From Actinomycetota bacterium (GTDB lineage: Bacteria > Actinomycetota > Coriobacteriia > Anaerosomatales > JAUXNU01): a DNA stretch of 64,000 nt. Numbering within the stretch: the stretch's first letter is position 1; every line of letters starts with the position of its first letter. The notes below the pieces were generated by a model. It was not told where the DNA came from. It saw only the letters and a program-made list of their open reading frames with translations, and ran no database searches. Positions 1-8,243 of the stretch are shown piece by piece. Position numbers and translations under genes: made by a program. Location of the stretch: assembly GCA_030682655.1 (NCBI GenBank), contig JAUXNU010000112.1, positions 2,175 to 66,174 of the forward strand, read 5' to 3'.

Positions 1-5
1 GTTGT

Positions 6-1022
6 ATGGGAGAACGGCCGGCCAGCCCGGCGCGATTCCTCAAACCCCACTACATAGCCGCAGCTCTCATCCCAGTAATCATCGTTCTCCTGAGTGTCAC
101 TGGATTCGTATGGGCACATAAGGGCATCACCCTCGTTGTCGATGGGGACTCCCGCTACATCAAGACCCAGGCTGAGGATGTCGCCGGGCTGCTCGACGAA
201 GCCGATGTCGTCATCGGCGAGGGAGATGTCGTGACACCCGCCGGGGATGCTTCCCTTCAGGACGGAATGTCAGTCGTCGTGTGTCACGCAGTCCCTGTGA
301 CTTTGTCGTTGTCAGGCGACCGCATTCGTCTGTATGTCGTCGGGCAGACGGTCGCCGATGCGCTTGTGGCGGCCGGAGTCGATGCGGGTACCGGGACTGT
401 TGCGGATCCTCCGCTTGAGACGCCCCTCACTCCCAACATGCTGATCACCGTCAACGACGTCTTCCTTCGCGTGGTGCAGGAAGAAGTCGAGATACCGTTT
501 GAGACCGTCACCGAGCGGGACGCATCTCAACCGCAAGGCGCGCGCGAGGTTATCACTCAGGGAGTGCCGGGCCGCATGCTTCGTATATACCGGGTCGTGG
601 TCACGGACGGCGTCGAAGGCGCTCGCACCCTCACGGCGGAGCGGGTTCTGATCAAGCCGGTGGACGAAGTCGTCGCGGTTGGAATCAAGCGCTCCTCTGG
701 GCGTTTGACCATTTCGCGCGGGAAGTCGAGGCCCCCCTCTTCGGGGGAGAAGATCTCCGTAGTGTCAACTGCCTACGCCCCCGGTGTTGACGGAGTTGAC
801 TGGCGTACGGCCACGGGCGCGCGCGCCGGCTACGGCGTTATCGCGGTCGACCCGAGCGTCATTCCCCTCGGCACCCACGTCTACGTTTCCGGATATGGAT
901 ACGCGGTTGCCGCCGACACGGGTGGCTCCATCCGGGGAAATCGTATCGACGTGTGCTTCGACACCAGGGCCGAGGCGATCGCCTGGGGCCGCCGCACCGT
1001 GACCGTTACCATCCTGCCGTAG
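6..1022 (+). CDS. YabE/RpfB-like cell-wall protein (DUF348 repeats + G5 + C-terminal 3D domain)
   Basis: N-terminal TM helix (IAAALIPVIIVLLSVTGFVW). DUF348-like repeats (ITLVVDGD.., VTLSLSGD..). C-terminal 3D-type motif (TATGARAGYGVIAVDPSVIPLGT..YGYAVAADTGGSIRGNRIDVCF). Occupies the yabE position upstream of ksgA as in Bacillus. Confidence 0.75.
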   Translation: MGERPASPARFLKPHYIAAALIPVIIVLLSVTGFVWAHKGITLVVDGDSRYIKTQAEDVAGLLDEADVVIGEGDVVTPAGDASLQDGMSVVVCHAVPVTLSLSGDRIRLYVVGQTVADALVAAGVDAGTGTVADPPLETPLTPNMLITVNDVFLRVVQEEVEIPFETVTERDASQPQGAREVITQGVPGRMLRIYRVVVTDGVEGARTLTAERVLIKPVDEVVAVGIKRSSGRLTISRGKSRPPSSGEKISVVSTAYAPGVDGVDWRTATGARAGYGVIAVDPSVIPLGTHVYVSGYGYAVAADTGGSIRGNRIDVCFDTRAEAIAWGRRTVTVTILP

Positions 1023-1031
1023 GGGTCGCAC

Positions 1032-1898
1032 GTGCCTCACTCACCGCTGGCCACGCCGCGGGCGACAATCGACGTGCTCGAGGCTCACGGACTGCGCCTT
1101 CGGGCGTCTCTGGGCCAGAACTTCCTGGTTGACGACAACATCGTCGGACGCATCCTGGCGCTGGCGGCGCTTTCCGGGGACGAGTCCGTGCTGGAGGTCG
1201 GACCGGGAATCGGGACGCTCACGCTTGCTTTGTGTAGGGTGGCTGGAGCTGTGGTCTCGGTGGAACGCGACGAGCGATTCGCTCGCGTCCTCGCGGACAC
1301 GGCCGAGGAGTGCGACAACCTCTCGGTTGTCATGGGCGATGCGGTGAACGTCCCCTCCCACGAACTGCGGACCCGCCTCGGCCCACCGACCGATTTCGTC
1401 GCGAACCTGCCCTATGGGGTGGCAGCGACGGTCATCCTCCGCTACTTCCAGGAGATCGACTCACTCGAAACAGCCGTGGTCATGGTTCAGGCCGAGGTTG
1501 CGGACCGCATCTCCGCGGTGCCCGGTACCAAGGACTACGGGTCGTACACGGTCAAGCTGAAGCTTCAGGCCGACGTTGCGGGTCGTTTCGCCGTGTCCCG
1601 CACGTGCTTCCTGCCGCCCCCGCGGGTCGATTCGGCAGTCGTGCGTCTCGAAAGGCGTGTGCACTCGGAGTCGCCCGAGGTCGTAGCGGCTGCCTCCCGG
1701 ATGGCAGATGCGGCGTTCGCCCAGCGCCGCAAGACACTTCGCAATTCTGTGCGGGCGGTGCTTGCCGCCGACGCGGACCACATCGAGTCTGTGCTCGCGG
1801 CCTCCGGAATCGACGGTTCCCGTCGCGCCGAGACACTTTCGGTGGAAGAGTACGTCTTCCTTGGCCGGAATGCGCTCGAATTGGGCCTTCTACCTTGA
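1032..1898 (+). CDS. rsmA: 16S rRNA (adenine1518/1519-N6)-dimethyltransferase
   Basis: GTG start. LGQNFL, SAM-binding VLEVGPGIGTLT and NLPY motifs of KsgA/RsmA. Confidence 0.9.
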   Translation: MPHSPLATPRATIDVLEAHGLRLRASLGQNFLVDDNIVGRILALAALSGDESVLEVGPGIGTLTLALCRVAGAVVSVERDERFARVLADTAEECDNLSVVMGDAVNVPSHELRTRLGPPTDFVANLPYGVAATVILRYFQEIDSLETAVVMVQAEVADRISAVPGTKDYGSYTVKLKLQADVAGRFAVSRTCFLPPPRVDSAVVRLERRVHSESPEVVAAASRMADAAFAQRRKTLRNSVRAVLAADADHIESVLAASGIDGSRRAETLSVEEYVFLGRNALELGLLP

Positions 1899-1923
1899 GT
1901 TTCGCCTTTTCCTGGGGTATAAT
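1895..1923 (+). promoter_or_regulatory. Near-consensus sigma70/sigmaA-type promoter upstream of veg
   Basis: TTGAGT (1895-1900), 17-nt spacer, TATAAT (1918-1923). Overlaps the rsmA stop. GGAGG RBS at 1941-1945. Confidence 0.5.
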
Positions 1924-1951
1924 GCCCGTTTGAGCCAGAAGGAGGATGTGT

Positions 1952-2233
1952 ATGGATTTGCAGTCCCAGCATGAGGTAGTCGGGCGCATTCGCGGAGATC
2001 TCGAGTCCCTCATGGGAACGCGAATGCGTCTGAAAGCGAACATGGGTCGCTCAAAGATCATCGAGCGGGAGGGCACCCTAGAACAGACTCATCCGTCTCT
2101 GTTTGTGGTCAAAGTGGACGAGAAGCGAGATCGGACGGCCCGTGTGTCATACAGCTACGTGGACGTCCTAACGGGAACAGTTGAACTGACGCACGTCGAT
2201 AGCGGAGAGAACCTGCTGCCCTGGCTGAACTAG
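1952..2233 (+). CDS. veg: Veg (biofilm/sporulation-associated small DNA-binding protein)
   Basis: MRLKANMGRSKIIEREGTLEQTHPSLFVV...RVSYSYVDVLTGTVELT matches B. subtilis Veg as I recall it. ATG 1952 lies 6 nt after GGAGG, whereas the ORF-track ATG 1946 has no spacer. Confidence 0.85.
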   Translation: MDLQSQHEVVGRIRGDLESLMGTRMRLKANMGRSKIIEREGTLEQTHPSLFVVKVDEKRDRTARVSYSYVDVLTGTVELTHVDSGENLLPWLN

Positions 2234-2252
2234 CAGGAGCGAAATCGGCAGA

Positions 2253-2292
2253 AACGACGACGCGGGGCCACAACGCTCCGCGTCGTGTCGTT
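2253..2292 (+). terminator. Long hairpin between veg and ispE (possible leaky terminator/attenuator)
   Basis: AACGACGACGCGG (2253-2265) pairs with CCGCGTCGTGTCGTT (2278-2292) with a 2-nt bulge. Only a TT tail follows, and it abuts the ispE RBS AGGGGAG. Confidence 0.35.
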
Positions 2293-2302
2293 AGGGGAGT
2301 GA

Positions 2303-3199
2303 ATGGGTCCGTCCGTAGTTGCCGTCAAGGCCCACGCGAAGGTCAATCTGTATCTGGAGGTCGGCGCGAAGCGCCCTGACGGATACCACCGGGTCGACAC
2401 GGTGCTGCACACCCTTGCACTCCACGACACCGTGACAATCCGCGAGGCAAACGGACTAAGCGTGGTCTGCGCGCCCGATATCGGGGTGGCGCAGGAACAC
2501 AACCTCGTCTACCGAGCTGCGGTGTCGCTCGCTGAGACGCTCGGCCGGCGGGTGGATGTCGCGATATCTGTCGACAAGCGCATTCCCGACGGAGCAGGCC
2601 TTGGAGGCGGCAGCTCGGATGCCGCAGCCACACTGGCGGGTCTTGCGATGATGTGGGAAGTCGATCCGGAAGACCCGCTGCTCATCACGGTCGCTGCCGC
2701 GCTCGGTGCGGACGTCCCCTTCTTCCTTGGCGGCGGAGCTGCGCTCTATGCTGGCCGAGGAGACGAACTCGTGACCGCCCTGCCTCCCATGTCCGTGCCT
2801 GTTGCACTGGTCAAGCCGCGCGAGTCGGTGTCGACCGGCGCGGCCTATGAGGCGTTCGATCGGCTCCCGCATTCGGCAGGTCCTGGAGCGAATCGCCTCT
2901 CGGACGCATTGCGCGCGGGGGATAGGGTAGATACGGTCGCGTCGCTTCACAACAACATGACGGAAGCGTCCGTGGGGCTGGTTCCGGCCATCGGTGAGGC
3001 GCTAGCATGGTGTCAGTCGGCACGGGGTGTTCTCGGCGCTGCGATGGCGGGGAGCGGGTCGGCGGTGTTCGCTGTGTGCGAAGACGCCGGGGCGGCGGAC
3101 CGGATTGCACGGGACTCGAGCATGCAGGGCTGGTGGGGATCTTCCACCACCACGGCTCCGGAAGGCGCGGTAGCGGTCAGAGTGGAGGAGCGGCAGTGA
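2303..3199 (+). CDS. ispE: 4-diphosphocytidyl-2-C-methyl-D-erythritol kinase
   Basis: GHMP-kinase motifs KVNLYLEV and IPDGAGLGGGSSDAAA. Conserved position after veg. Confidence 0.9.
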   Translation: MGPSVVAVKAHAKVNLYLEVGAKRPDGYHRVDTVLHTLALHDTVTIREANGLSVVCAPDIGVAQEHNLVYRAAVSLAETLGRRVDVAISVDKRIPDGAGLGGGSSDAAATLAGLAMMWEVDPEDPLLITVAAALGADVPFFLGGGAALYAGRGDELVTALPPMSVPVALVKPRESVSTGAAYEAFDRLPHSAGPGANRLSDALRAGDRVDTVASLHNNMTEASVGLVPAIGEALAWCQSARGVLGAAMAGSGSAVFAVCEDAGAADRIARDSSMQGWWGSSTTTAPEGAVAVRVEERQ

Positions 3200-3990
3200 A
3201 GGTCGATGTTGTCATTCTTGCGGGGGGCGACGGTGCCGTCATCGACCCCGCGTGCCGGTTCAAGGGCCTCGTGACGATCGCCGGCAAGCCAATGGTGGAA
3301 TGGGTTGTCGACGCAATGAGGGACGCTGAACTCGTCGCCGAGGTGGCCGTCGTCGTTCCCAGTGCGGAGGACTTGGGTGTGTGGGCAGATTCCGTAGACA
3401 AGCTGGTCATTTCCGACGGCTCCTTCCTCGACAACCTTCTGGCCGGCATACGATCGTTCCGCTCCGACAGGCGTGTTCTCCTGGCGACCGGCGACGTTCC
3501 TGCCCTCACAGGAGAGGCAGTGGACGACTTCGTGAGCCGCAGTCTGACCTCAGGGGCGGACTTCACCTATCCACTCATCCGCAGGGCAGACATGCTCGAG
3601 CAGTTCCCGGGCAGCGAACGGACCTTCATCAAGCTGCGGGACGGAGAAGTCACCGGCGGGAACATGATGGTCGCCAATCCGGTGCTCGCGGAGCACTGTC
3701 GTGAAGTCGGCCAAAGACTGTTCGACACCCGGAAGAACGCCGTGCAGATGGCGCGCGTCCTTGGCTTCCGGTTCGCGTTCAAACTCGTCACCGGCCGCCT
3801 CGAAGTCGCCGAGGTCGAGGACAAGATTCGCGACTTGCTAGGGGGAAGCGGAGCGGCCGTATACACGCCATATGCGTCCATCGGGGCCGATGTCGACAAG
3901 CCGGTGGATGTGGTCGTTACCGAACGCGTGCTGTATGAGGGGTCAGCTCGCGGTAGGATTGTGGGGACCGGCGCAGAATCAAACAGCTAG
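3196..3990 (+). CDS. MobA-like/NTP_transf_3 family nucleotidyltransferase
   Basis: N-terminal VVILAGGDG...GKPM nucleotide-binding signature. GTG 3196 overlaps the ispE stop (GTGA). The ORF-track extension 3007-3195 lies inside ispE. Confidence 0.6.
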   Translation: MKVDVVILAGGDGAVIDPACRFKGLVTIAGKPMVEWVVDAMRDAELVAEVAVVVPSAEDLGVWADSVDKLVISDGSFLDNLLAGIRSFRSDRRVLLATGDVPALTGEAVDDFVSRSLTSGADFTYPLIRRADMLEQFPGSERTFIKLRDGEVTGGNMMVANPVLAEHCREVGQRLFDTRKNAVQMARVLGFRFAFKLVTGRLEVAEVEDKIRDLLGGSGAAVYTPYASIGADVDKPVDVVVTERVLYEGSARGRIVGTGAESNS

Positions 3991-4056
3991 AACTCGGGTC
4001 TCGGTACTATGGGGGTGTCCGAAGGCCAGAGTGCCGCCAAGGGGGGAACAAGCACG

Positions 4057-4353
4057 ATGGACATCACAAAGGTGACCCTGCGCCCGGTCTCGATGAACAA
4101 GGTGTGCGCGATAGCAAGTATCGTGCTGGACGACGCCTTCGTCGTCCACGACCTGCGGGTTGTCAACGGCGACAAGGGTTTGTTCGTGGCGATGCCGTCC
4201 CGGAAGCTTCCGAGCGGGGAGTTTCGCGACATCTGTCATCCGATCAACACGGACACGCGGTCGCGCATCCAGCAGGCCGTACTCGATCAGTTCAACGTCG
4301 AGGGCGGTGTGGGCGCCTTCGCTGCTGCTGCCGCCGCAGTGCCAGGCGAGTAG
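4057..4353 (+). CDS. spoVG: SpoVG family regulator
   Basis: [47 protein letters not shown] is the SpoVG core. Confidence 0.9.
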   Translation: MDITKVTLRPVSMNKVCAIASIVLDDAFVVHDLRVVNGDKGLFVAMPSRKLPSGEFRDICHPINTDTRSRIQQAVLDQFNVEGGVGAFAAAAAAVPGE

Positions 4354-4407
4354 TACGCCGTCTCCCTCCCGGTTCGACATCTGCTCGTGCGTGTGAGCGC
4401 GTCCCGG

Positions 4408-4436
4408 TTGACGCTGCCCACACCCATTCATACACT
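4408..4436 (+). promoter_or_regulatory. Putative promoter of tRNA-Gln
   Basis: TTGACG (4408-4413), 17-nt spacer, TACACT (4431-4436). The tRNA 5' end lies 11 nt downstream. Confidence 0.45.
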
Positions 4437-4446
4437 CGGTATGCTC

Positions 4447-4521
4447 TGGGGCGTAGCCAAGTGGCAAGGCAGCGGACTTTGGCTCCGCCATCCGTAGGTT
4501 CGAATCCTACCGCCCCAGCCA
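4447..4521 (+). tRNA. tRNA-Gln (anticodon UUG), CCA encoded
   Basis: Manual cloverleaf. Acceptor TGGGGCG/CGCCCCA, anticodon stem GCGGA/TCCGC with loop CTTTGGC, T arm GTAGG-TTCGAAT-CCTAC, discriminator G + CCA. 75 nt. Confidence 0.9.
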
Positions 4522-4571
4522 TTCAGCCTTGACCGGGAAACCCGTTTCAGCACATGACCGAAGGAGCGCAC

Positions 4572-5954
4572 ATGAGCGCAGTGGCCCTCATCCTGGCCGC
4601 GGGCGAGGGGACTCGGATGAAGTCCGACATCCCCAAGGTCGCACACCGGCTCCTTGGCGAGCCGATGGTGCGTCTCGTTGTGCAGGCCGCTGCGGAAGCC
4701 GGTTGTGAGCGGGCTATCGTCGTCACCGGTCATCGCGCCGATATTGTCGAGACGCTTGTCGAGGATGTGGGGTTCGTGCGCCAGGACCGCCAGCTCGGAA
4801 CAGGGCATGCGGTCATGTGCGCGCGTGACGCACTCGCGGACTTTGGCGGTTCGCTCGTGGTGCTCTCCGGCGACACGCCACTGCTGCGGCCCGAAACCAT
4901 TCGCGCGCTTGTGGACGAGCGCGAGTCGACCGGTGCTGCTGTTGCGGTACTCACGACCCGTATGTCCGAGCCCACCGGCTATGGGAGGATCGTCCGTTGC
5001 CCGGACGGTACGGTGGAGCGAATCGTGGAGCAGAAGGACGCTTCCGCCGCCCAGCTCGCGATCGACGAGATCAACACCGGCACATACTGCTTCGACTCCC
5101 GCGCTCTCTTTGAACACCTGGAGCGGCTGGACACGGACAATGCCCAGGGCGAGTACTACCTGACCGACATGGTCGCCATCTTCGCGGCCGAGAACCTGGG
5201 CGTGGCCGCTGTCATGACCGAAGACCCGATGGAGACCATGGGCGTCAACAGCCGTGTCCAGCTTGCCGAAGCATCAGGTGTGCTGCAGCGCCGCATCAAC
5301 GAGCGGCATATGCTCGCCGGTGTGACCATGACCGATCCGGGACTCGTATGGATCGGGCCGCGCGTGGAACTCGGTCGCGATATCGTGATCGAGCCGATGA
5401 CGTTCCTCATGGGCGATACCCGCATCGGCGACCGGGTGGTTCTGGGTCCCGGCACGCGCATCACCGACTCCTTCATCGCCGAGGATGCGACCGTCGATTC
5501 TTCCGTAGTCACGGGCGCGAGCGTAGGTCCCGCGGCTACCGTCGGGCCCGTCGCGTATCTCAGGCCAGGCACGGTGCTCGGAGCACGCGCGAAGGCGGGA
5601 ACCGCCGTCGAGATCAAGAACTCCACGGTGGGCGAGGGTTCGAAAGTCCCGCACCTCTCCTACATCGGGGACGCCACGATAGGCAAGGAAGTGAACGTCG
5701 GAGCGGGTACGATAACGTGCAATTACGATGGTGTACGCAAGCACAAGACCGTCATCGGCGACGGCGCTTTCATCGGCTCTGATACCATGCTCGTAGCTCC
5801 GGTTCGAATCGGCCGCGGAGCGGTCACCGGTGCGGCGAGCGCAATCACGCGCGACGTCCCCGACGACGCCCTCGGAGTCGAGCGTTCGGAGCAGCGCACG
5901 ATCGAAGACTGGCTCGAGCGCAAGAGCGGAAGTTCGACCGGTGAGAACGACTAG
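4572..5954 (+). CDS. glmU: Bifunctional UDP-N-acetylglucosamine pyrophosphorylase / GlcN-1-P acetyltransferase
   Basis: LILAAGEGTRMKS N-terminus and left-handed beta-helix hexapeptide repeats in the C-terminal half. AAGGAG lies 7 nt before ATG 4572. Confidence 0.9.
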   Translation: MSAVALILAAGEGTRMKSDIPKVAHRLLGEPMVRLVVQAAAEAGCERAIVVTGHRADIVETLVEDVGFVRQDRQLGTGHAVMCARDALADFGGSLVVLSGDTPLLRPETIRALVDERESTGAAVAVLTTRMSEPTGYGRIVRCPDGTVERIVEQKDASAAQLAIDEINTGTYCFDSRALFEHLERLDTDNAQGEYYLTDMVAIFAAENLGVAAVMTEDPMETMGVNSRVQLAEASGVLQRRINERHMLAGVTMTDPGLVWIGPRVELGRDIVIEPMTFLMGDTRIGDRVVLGPGTRITDSFIAEDATVDSSVVTGASVGPAATVGPVAYLRPGTVLGARAKAGTAVEIKNSTVGEGSKVPHLSYIGDATIGKEVNVGAGTITCNYDGVRKHKTVIGDGAFIGSDTMLVAPVRIGRGAVTGAASAITRDVPDDALGVERSEQRTIEDWLERKSGSSTGEND

Positions 5955-5972
5955 GGAGTGAGTGGACAGACG

Positions 5973-6935
5973 ATGAGCGAGTCTGGCAAGCGCATGATGG
6001 TCTTCAGCGGGACCTCCAACCCCGAGCTCGCCGAGGGCGTTGCGAGTCATCTCGGTATCGAGCTCGGCAACGTCAAGATCTCGAAGTTCGCCAACGGCGA
6101 GATCTACGTGCGTTTCCTTGAGTCGGTCCGTGGAGCAGATGTGTTCCTGCTCCAGTCGATCAGCGCACCAGTCAACTCGTCGCTCATGGAGCTGCTCATC
6201 ATGGCCGATGCGGCCAAGCGAGCGAGTGCGCGGACGATCACCGCTGTGATCAGTCACTATGGATATGCCCGTCAGGACAAGAAGTCCGCAGCTCGCGAAC
6301 CGATCACGGCCAAGCTCGTTGCGGATCTTCTGACCACCGCCGGCGTGGACCGCGTGATCGCGATGGATCTGCACCAGGGTCAGATACAGGGGTTCTTCAA
6401 CCAGCCCGTGAACCATCTCACGGCGCTGCCGATCCTCGAGGATTACTTCCGCAGTCTCAATCTCGAGGACGTGTGCATCGTGTCCCCGGATGTGGGCCGC
6501 GTGAAGGTCGCCAAGAAGTTCGCCGACATGCTCGGAGCATCGTTGGCCATCATGCACAAGGGCCGCCCGCAGCACAACGTCGCAGAGATCACGCACGTCA
6601 TCGGTGAGGTCGAGGGCAAGAACTGCATCATGATCGACGACATGATCGACACGGCGGGCTCGGTATCCGAGGGTGCCAAGAGCCTGATGAATTCCGGAGC
6701 GCGTTGCGTCTACGTGTCGGCAACGCACGGCATATTCTCACCGCCGGCTTTCGAGCGGATCGAGTCATCGCCGATCGAAGAGGTCGTTGTGACCAACACC
6801 TTGCCGGTGCCCGAGGACAAGCGCGGCAGCAAGATCAGGGTACTGTCGGTCGCGCCGCTGTTTGCGCATGCCGTCCAAAACGTGTACAACGACGAGTCGG
6901 TGTCCGAGCTCTTCGATCCGGACTTCCAGCTATAG
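5973..6935 (+). CDS. prs: Ribose-phosphate pyrophosphokinase
   Basis: MMVFSGTSNPELA, DLHQGQIQGFF and PRPP-binding IMIDDMIDTAGS motifs. Start uncertain (5958 GTG, 5973 ATG or 5994 ATG). Confidence 0.9.
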   Translation: MSESGKRMMVFSGTSNPELAEGVASHLGIELGNVKISKFANGEIYVRFLESVRGADVFLLQSISAPVNSSLMELLIMADAAKRASARTITAVISHYGYARQDKKSAAREPITAKLVADLLTTAGVDRVIAMDLHQGQIQGFFNQPVNHLTALPILEDYFRSLNLEDVCIVSPDVGRVKVAKKFADMLGASLAIMHKGRPQHNVAEITHVIGEVEGKNCIMIDDMIDTAGSVSEGAKSLMNSGARCVYVSATHGIFSPPAFERIESSPIEEVVVTNTLPVPEDKRGSKIRVLSVAPLFAHAVQNVYNDESVSELFDPDFQL

Positions 6936-6996
6936 TCACGAGACAAGGCACGCGGCGAGCGCACGACGCCGCCGCTCGAAAGGAGAACGCGAGATC

Positions 6997-7644
6997 ATGA
7001 CCGAGAGCACCACGATAATCGCACGACGCCGCGACATCATCGGCAAGGCGAACCGCCGCATGACCGATGAGATTCCCGCTATTCTGTACGGAACCGGCCG
7101 CGAGGCTCTGCCCGTCGCTGTCGACCGGCACGACTTCGAGCTGTTCATAAGCCACCACGGTGCGGGCTCGACGCTCGTCTCCATCAGCGTTGAGGGCGAA
7201 GCCACGCCCGTCAACGCCATGGTCAAAGAGGTTCAGACGAGCCCGGTGAAGGGCACGATCCTCCACATCGACTTCCTGGCCGTACGCATGGACCAGATCA
7301 TCCAGGCATCGGTCGGTCTCCACTTCATCGGCGAGAGCCCCGGCGTGAAGGCCGGCGGTGTTCTGATGCAGAGTGTCCACACGGTCACCGTCGAAGCGCT
7401 GCCGGCGGAGTTGCCGGAGGCTATCGAGATCGATGTCTCCGCGCTCGAATTGGGTGATTCGCTGCACATGAGCGATCTCGTCGGCCCCGAGGGCGTCACC
7501 ATCGTGGACGACCCCGAGGTACTCGTCTGCTCCGTGACGACGCCGACCGCCGAGCCCGTCGAAGAGGAACTCGTTGCCGAGGAAGGCGCGGAGCCGGAGG
7601 TCATTGGCGAAGAGTCTGACGACGGGAAGTCCGAGGAGTCGTAG
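6997..7644 (+). CDS. rplY: 50S ribosomal protein L25 / general stress protein Ctc (long form)
   Basis: L25/Ctc N-terminal fold followed by an acidic C-terminal tail. AAAGGAG upstream of ATG 6997. Conserved prs-ctc-pth order. Confidence 0.85.
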   Translation: MTESTTIIARRRDIIGKANRRMTDEIPAILYGTGREALPVAVDRHDFELFISHHGAGSTLVSISVEGEATPVNAMVKEVQTSPVKGTILHIDFLAVRMDQIIQASVGLHFIGESPGVKAGGVLMQSVHTVTVEALPAELPEAIEIDVSALELGDSLHMSDLVGPEGVTIVDDPEVLVCSVTTPTAEPVEEELVAEEGAEPEVIGEESDDGKSEES

Positions 7645-7652
7645 GGCAACAG

Positions 7653-8222
7653 ATGGCCCATCTGGTCGTGGGCCTGGGCAATCCAGGCCCGGAGTACGGC
7701 AATACGCGGCACAACGCGGGGTTCATGGTCGTCGAGCTGCTCGGCGAGAACCTCCGGGCGTGCTATTGGCGGGACGATGCAGGCGCCAAGACGGCCGTGG
7801 TGCGCTTTGGCGACGACGATCTCGTGCTGGCAAAGCCGCAGACCTTCATGAACCTTTCGGGCAAGACGGCGGTCAAGCTCTGCGCCGCCTACGAGGTCCC
7901 ATTGAGCAGCCTCGTGGTCGTACATGATGACCTCGACCTGCCGCTCGGGACGGTGCGTGCCAAGCGCGGCGGCGGCCATGGAGGGCACAACGGGTTGCGT
8001 TCCGTCACAGAGGAGCTCGCCTCCGATGCGTACGGGCGCGTCCGCATCGGTATCGGGCGCCCTCCGGGACGCATGGATCCCGCCGATTTCGTGCTCGAGC
8101 CAATGAGCGCCCGCGTCGCCGAGGAACTTGCGGCATCCATACCGGCCGGCGCCCAGGCGGTCATCCACATCCTCGAGCACGGGATCGAGGATGCCATGCA
8201 GGAGTTCAATACGCGGGAATAG
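7653..8222 (+). CDS. pth: Peptidyl-tRNA hydrolase
   Basis: VGLGNPG..Y..TRHNAGF and GGHGGHNGLRS motifs. Confidence 0.9.
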   Translation: MAHLVVGLGNPGPEYGNTRHNAGFMVVELLGENLRACYWRDDAGAKTAVVRFGDDDLVLAKPQTFMNLSGKTAVKLCAAYEVPLSSLVVVHDDLDLPLGTVRAKRGGGHGGHNGLRSVTEELASDAYGRVRIGIGRPPGRMDPADFVLEPMSARVAEELAASIPAGAQAVIHILEHGIEDAMQEFNTRE

Positions 8223-8243
8223 GGCTTGCGCCGTCCTTGGCGC

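Noticed and set aside
3007-3195. N-terminal extensions of several ORF-track entries (also 24083-24766, 39959-40411, 40530-40751, 41286-41540, 43695-43967, 52385-53098, 58295-58480)
   Set aside because: These upstream portions overlap well-supported neighbouring genes in other frames. Internal starts with an RBS or with ATGA/GTGA coupling give products of canonical length.
5274-6728. 484-aa ORF on the minus strand
   Set aside because: Antisense to glmU and prs. Artefact of GC-rich sequence.
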